A stretch of 64,000 nt of DNA from Negaprion brevirostris. Its lineage: Eukaryota. A model generated the notes under the pieces. That model saw only the letters and a list, made by a program, of their open reading frames with translations. It was not told the DNA's origin and did not search any database. The stretch is from contig JARDVH010000073.1 in the NCBI GenBank assembly GCA_030324005.1, forward strand, positions 48,692,133 to 48,756,132, written 5' to 3'. The position numbers were made by a program, and so were the translations under genes. Shown here in pieces: positions 58,201 through 64,000 of the stretch (position 1 is the stretch's first letter; each line of letters begins with the position of its first letter).

Positions 58201-60040
58201 AACCCTCTCTACTCCACCCTCATGATTTTAAACAGCTCAATCAAATCTCCTCTAAAAGANNNNNNNNNNNNNNNNNNNNNNNNNNNNNNNNNNNNNNNNN
58301 NNNNNNNNNNNNNNNNNNNNNNNNNNNNNNNNNNNNNNNNNNNNNNNNNNNNNNNNNNNAACAGAACAGACAAAAGCAGCAGATGCACGCAAACAGCAAC
58401 ACCTACAACTGTACCTCAAGCCATTCATCATCCTGACCTGGAACTGTATCACTTTTCCTTCGTTGTTGCTGGGTAAAAATCTTGGAACTTCCTCCCTCAC
58501 TGCACTGTGGATGTATCTACAGTGCATGGACTGCAGGGTTCAAGAAGGTGGCTCACAGATAATTATGGATGGATAATAAATGCTATACTAACGGAGACAC
58601 CCACATCTCTTGAAAGAATTTTAAAATCTCCTGCTTTTTCTATCTATCCTGGTAAAATAATTAAAGCTCCTCATCCTTACAACCATTCTGTAAGTATTTT
58701 CTGCATTGTCTCTATGGCATTCACACTCTTCCAAAATTGTGGCGCTCAGAATTGGAAATGAATCTCCATTTGAAGTTGAACCAGTGACTGACAAAAGGTT
58801 CACAGGAACATCTGTACTCTAAGCCTCTATTTACAAAGCTTAGGATCCCATATGCCCACTGCTCAAACCACCTACACCCAAGTCCCTCTGTTCTTGCATC
58901 CGCTTTAGAATTGTATCCTTTTTCTTTTCGTTGTCCATCTGTTGCCCTAAGAATGTGTTGTTGACCTGATTGTAGCAGCATGTCCCTTTAACGGGTGAGG
59001 CTTGGGAGGGTGATGTGACCTATTCACCAATTGGGCCATAGCACACCAATCCTGGGGCTGAATGTGGACTTCCCTGGCAGTCTGGAACTTAGNNNNNNNN
59101 NNTAATGAACAGTTTTGTTGTTACCCTTTGTGGTTGCTGTTCCTGCCAAGATACTTCACTGAAACACTGCACTTTGACTAATGATAGTCTCATTAATTTT
59201 ACTCAAATTTGGGTAATTGCTTCAGGAATAGGAGTTGGAGAGTGGTGTTGAACTGACTGGAGGGAAGCATAGCGTTGCCCCAGAGATCAAATCTAGACCA
59301 TTGCTTTTCTTGTTTAAAAAAAAATTATCCGTACTTTGTTATTGTTTCAAAATTTATGGACGGTGCAAATCTTGGCAACAAGTGGTCAATTGAATGATAG
59401 CAAACTCCAGCAGGACATAGACTGATAAAATGGAGAGAAACATGGAAAATACAAATATCTTTGAAATGATGCACCACATAATTCATTGCAGATGACAAGA
59501 CAAGTTGATAAGGAAGGTGTGAAAACGTGGAACAATTGGCGTTGTGAACAGGTGCACTGAATACAAAAACCAGGAAGCCACGCTTTGCAACTTAGTGGTT
59601 AGGCCTCAGGCACCGCACCGTAGGGTGTAAAGGAGGATCCAAAGGAAGATTACTTGGATGATACCACAAATGAAGGGCTTCAGTGATTTGGAGAAGCTGA
59701 GATTGTTCTCTTCAGAGCAAAGAAAGTTAAGGGGAGACTTAATAAATATATTCAATAAATGAGGGTTTTGATAGAGCAATTAGGGAGAAACAGTTTCCTC
59801 TGGTAAATGTTTGATAAACAGGTCAAAACTAGCGGGGAAATGAAGAGAAATTATATCACATTGGATTCTTATGATCTGGTACACACTTTGTAAAACCGTG
59901 ATGGAATCAGATTCCATAGGAACATGGATTTGTAGAAGACTAATCTACAGGATTATGGGAAGAAAGCTGGGGTGTGGGAGTAATTTTTTCAACTTTTTCA
60001 AAGATGCAACAGACAGATGGCCCCTTCTGTTCTGAGAGTC
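55255..60040. mobile_element. cluster of degenerate CR1 LINE fragments in both orientations
   Basis: SLDTG.VPED...NVT..FK....D..GNYRPI motif at 55560-55660; CR1 tails at 55255 and 56463; RT remnants to 60040. Confidence 0.7.
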
Positions 60041-60726
60041 TCTGATTCAATAGGGCCCCTCCTGACAGCACAGATCGTTCTCGTTCAGCCTTTTCTCATA
60101 GCTCATTCTCCATTTTTGCATAACCTTTATCGCTCATTCTGCAAATTTTTCTGCACATCCCATTTGTAGCCTGGTTACCAAGACTGTGGACAGGACATCA
60201 GGTGTGGCCTATGCTGCTGAGGTCAGTTTATTCAATTAATTTTGGCCAGTTCATGTATCGTATCTTAATTCCTCCAACACAACATATTTGACATTTGTTC
60301 AAAACAGTGCATTTGACTGTTGAATAAATAATCCTAATAGATCCTTGCTGTCTCTGTTTCCAATATTCTTCCTAAATTGGGCAATTTTATTTGGTTTCAG
60401 TATTTAGATAATTTGAGAAATGACATAAGTGCAATACGTCAGGTTGTAACTCTCCACCTCCCCTGCCTCCTCATCAGCCTGATAAAACCAGCGTTCCTTG
60501 CTTCCTATCCTTTAACCATCAATCCAAACTTCACCCTGGATCCCATGGCCTGCATCTTACTTAGCAGTCTTCAACAGCTTTTTTCTTGATAAAATACACT
60601 TTCTAGAGTTAATTTTAAAAAATCCTTTCCGAAGTTAAAGTTATTCAAGCAGAAGTTTACAAAATCTTTACACAAAATTTGACTGGAACCTAAATTATCA
60701 GAAACTATGATTGAAGCAGAATCAAT

Positions 60727-61611
60727 GACCAGGATTCTCCCAAAAAAATTCTAAGTTTCCAATTGGCGTGAAAATGGGAGTAACTCCTGCTTTTTTTTTA
60801 AGCAGGATTTTCAGAATGAATCTCCAATGCACTCCACAATGCACAGTGCCCTAACGTGAATCAGTCTGAAAATCTGGGTGCAGGTTCTATTCCTGCCGAG
60901 AAGCTGGCAGCATAGCACTGAGTGGATTACTGTGCATGTGCCGATCTGTTATGTCTAAGATTAGCCTCACATTGCCGACCTTCTGATGGGTTCCCAGTCG
61001 CTGCCCTCTGACCCCCACACTCTGACTGCTGGCCTCCCGGACCTCTCTAGGCCAGCCCCAATCCCCCTCCTGCATGCGATCTCGAATGCAGAATGGCAGA
61101 AGGACCTCCTCACTCCTAACAATCGCCAATAGGCCCTGCCCCTTGGCACTACCCAAAGCCCAGTGAGCAGTGCCGTGCCTTTTGGGCTTTATCAGTTTTC
61201 CCCTTGGGCAGTGCGAAGGGGCAGGTTGGGCACTGCCGAGGGGCACACCCCGCTGCCGTACCTCTGACCTGCTGGGAGTGCCTCCTTGGCCTCTGTTCTC
61301 TCCAGCAGGGTTAGGCTGCCTATTATCCATTCATGGGGACCAGTTGTAAACCCAGCTGGAGTGAACCACTCCCGGCAAGGGGAAATGCTAGTGGGCCTGG
61401 AGACTTCAGTCCTAGTCCTGCTAATGGGATGCAGATCTTGATTTAAATACTGAAATCAGGTCCACGCCAGAAGTTGGTGACACTAAAACTCTTGGATTGA
61501 GAGACATGTGGAATCTGTGGTGCCTAGCGGGAAACCACAAAATGGCTCTACTGATGTCTCCTGGTCCGCTGTGCTGCTGGTGCAGTGCAGCAGCCTGGGA
61601 GAATCTCGTCC
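60727..61611. mobile_element. PIF/Harbinger-like MITE, AAT TSD (sister of 17494-18519, opposite orientation)
   Basis: TIRs gaccaggattctccc / gggagaatctcgtcc; AAT at 60724-60726 and 61612-61614. Confidence 0.8.
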
Positions 61612-61849
61612 AATTTTTTTTGTAAAAGTAGAGATAGTCATGTGAAAGTGACACGTATGTGGAGTGCATGGTAGAATGGGACTATCATAAGCACTTTTGG
61701 AGAAAAACACCACAGTGGATTTATTGGCTGAGTGATCACCTATAATTCTAACTCATTTAGAATCAAGGCAGTCGAGCATTATCATAAAAGAGGAAATGAG
61801 GGTCAGAGAATGGCAGGAAGGAATAGAGAGATAAAATCTAAGAATACAT

Positions 61850-64000
61850 CAATAGTTAAGACTCAATGTTATAAAGATGACAAAAAAAAATCAAAATTAA
61901 AGGCTCTCTATCTGAATGGGTATAGCATTCATAACAAAGTAAATGAATTGGTGATGCACATTGAGATGAATAAATATGATCTGATAGTCACTATGGAGAC
62001 CTGGCTGTTGGAGGATGTTGAATGTTGAAGGGTATGTGACATTTAAGCAAAATAGAAAGCTAGGTAAAGGTGGAGGAGGCATCGTTCATGAAATCAGCAT
62101 GTCGAATCAGTTCAGGAGATAATGAGGAATGATAAGGGAAATAAGTCACTAGTGGGAATGGTTTACAGGCCCCCTAACAGTGACCACAATACAGGGCAAA
62201 GGGCACAAAAAGAAACATAGGGTGCTTTGTGATAAAGGGACAGTAATAATTATGGGTGATTTTAAACTATATATAAACTGGAAAATCAGACTGGCAGTAG
62301 TAGCCTACATGAGGAGTTCATAGAATGCTTCTGAGAGAGCTTTTTGAAACCACCCAGAGAGCAGGTTATATTAGACTTGGTATGGTGTATTGTGATAGGG
62401 TTAATTAACTGCCTCAGAGTGAAGGTGGCAGTGGCCAAAATACGATTAAATTTTACTTCCAGTTGGAAAGGAAGAACAGTGGGTATAAGATTAATATTTT
62501 AAACTTAAATAAGGGCAACTATGTGGGCATGAACACTGAGCTAGGTGAAGTGAATTGCGATATTAAGCTAAGAGATAGATCAATAGTGAAGTAGTTGCAA
62601 AAAATTAAGGGTACATTTCAGAATACTCAGAATAAGTACGTTCCTAAAAATTCTTAGGGGAGGACTCACCTCCCCTGGTTAATTAAAGAAGTTAAGGAAA
62701 GCATCAAAGTTGAGGAAAAAGCACATAACTGTGCTGAGTGGCTGATCAGATGATTGGTTAGAATATAAAGAACGAAAGACGATGACCAAAAAAGATAATC
62801 GGGGAAAGAAATTCGAGTATGAGAGGAAACCAGCTAGGAATGTAAAACAAACTGCAAGACTATCTACAGGTTTTAAAGAGGAAAAGAGTATCCTCTAGAG
62901 AATGACAATGCAGAGATAATAGAGAATGAGGAAATGGCAGATGAAATTAACAATTATTTTGNNNNNNNNNNNNNNNNNNNNNNNNNNNNNNNNNNNNNNN
63001 NNNNNNNNNNNNNNNNNNNNNNNNNNNNNNNNNNNNNNNNNNNNNNNNNNNNNNNNNNNNNNNNNNNNNNNNNNNNNNNNNNNNNNNNNNNNNNNNNNNN
63101 NNNNNNNNNNNNNNNNNNNNNNNNNNNNNNNNNNNNNNNNNNNNNNNNNNNNNNNNNTGGGGAGAGGGCGGGAATGTGGAACTGAGACACGACAGATCAG
63201 CCATGGTCTTATTGAATGGCGGGGCAGGCTCGAGCGGCTAGATGGCCTACTCCTGCTCCTATTTCTTATGTTATGTTCTTATTGGCCAGTTAACTTAGTA
63301 TATGTCATGGGTCAGATATTAGAATCAATCATTAAGGAGATTAAAGCTAGGCACATAGAGAAACTCAAGGTCAGGAAGAGTCAGCAGCAATTTGGGAAAG
63401 AGAAATCACGTTTAACCAATTCATTGAAATTTTTTGAAGCAGTAGCATGTGCTAAGGACAAGGGGAGCCTGTAGGTCTATTGTACTTGGATTTCCAGAAG
63501 GCAGTTGATAGGGTGCCACATCAAAGGCTATTGCAGAAAATAAAAGCTCATGGTGTAGGGGTAACATATTGGCATGGATGGAAAATTGACTCGCTGGCAG
63601 AAAACAGAAAGTATAAATGTTTTTTTTTTCTCTGATTGGCAAGATGTAATGAATGGGGTCCTAAAAAGTCTTGCTGGAGCTTCAACTTTTTACAATTTTA
63701 TCAATGACTTATTGAGTACAGTGTCGCTAAATTTGCTAAGGACACAAAGATAGGTAGGAAAGTATGTTATAAAGAGGACATGAGGTTGCAGACAAATATA
63801 GATAGGTTCAGTGAATGGGCAAAAATCTGGTAGATGGAGTGGGAAAGGTGGAGTTGTTCTTACTGATAGGAAGAATAAAAAAGTAGAGTATTACTTCAAT
63901 GGAAAATGACTGCAGAATCCCGAAGTGCGGACGGACCTAGGAGTTCCAGTGCATGAATTACAAAACGTTAGTACACATGTAACTAAGAAGGCTAATGGAA
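61850..64000 (+). mobile_element. degenerate CR1 LINE ORF2 (APE endonuclease plus RT), running off the window end
   Basis: LKALYLN..SI.NKV.EL, YDLI.T.ETWL, VYRPPN, IMGDF, LDFQKA.D.VPH motifs with stops and frameshifts. Confidence 0.85.

Overview
Eukaryotic (vertebrate) genomic DNA from a gapped draft assembly, most likely a shark or other elasmobranch, judged by HE1/V-SINE-like, DeuSINE-like, CR1, Rex1 and Penelope-like repeats. The + strand carries 13 consecutive internal coding exons (4894-28507) of an ADAMTS9/20-subfamily metalloprotease, best matching ADAMTS20. They encode the spacer domain and the C-terminal thrombospondin type-1 repeat (TSR) array, with canonical GT-AG junctions and consistent phases. 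No further exon was recognised in the last ~35 kb, which looks like one long repeat-rich intron. The most notable signal is at the last exon. It has a weak donor that reads through to Val-Arg-stop, followed by ~3 kb of repeat-free, 3'UTR-like sequence with poly(A) signals and let-7/miR-29/miR-17 seed matches. This suggests a short, intronically polyadenylated ADAMTS20 isoform lacking the GON-1 domain. Other oddities are an unidentified CpG-rich, coding-like fragment abutting a Penelope end with a degenerate hammerhead motif, a Harbinger-like MITE family with AAT target duplications, and several hairpins. Repeat family names and repeat boundaries are from recognition by eye and are approximate. 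I found no prokaryote-type system (CRISPR, operon).
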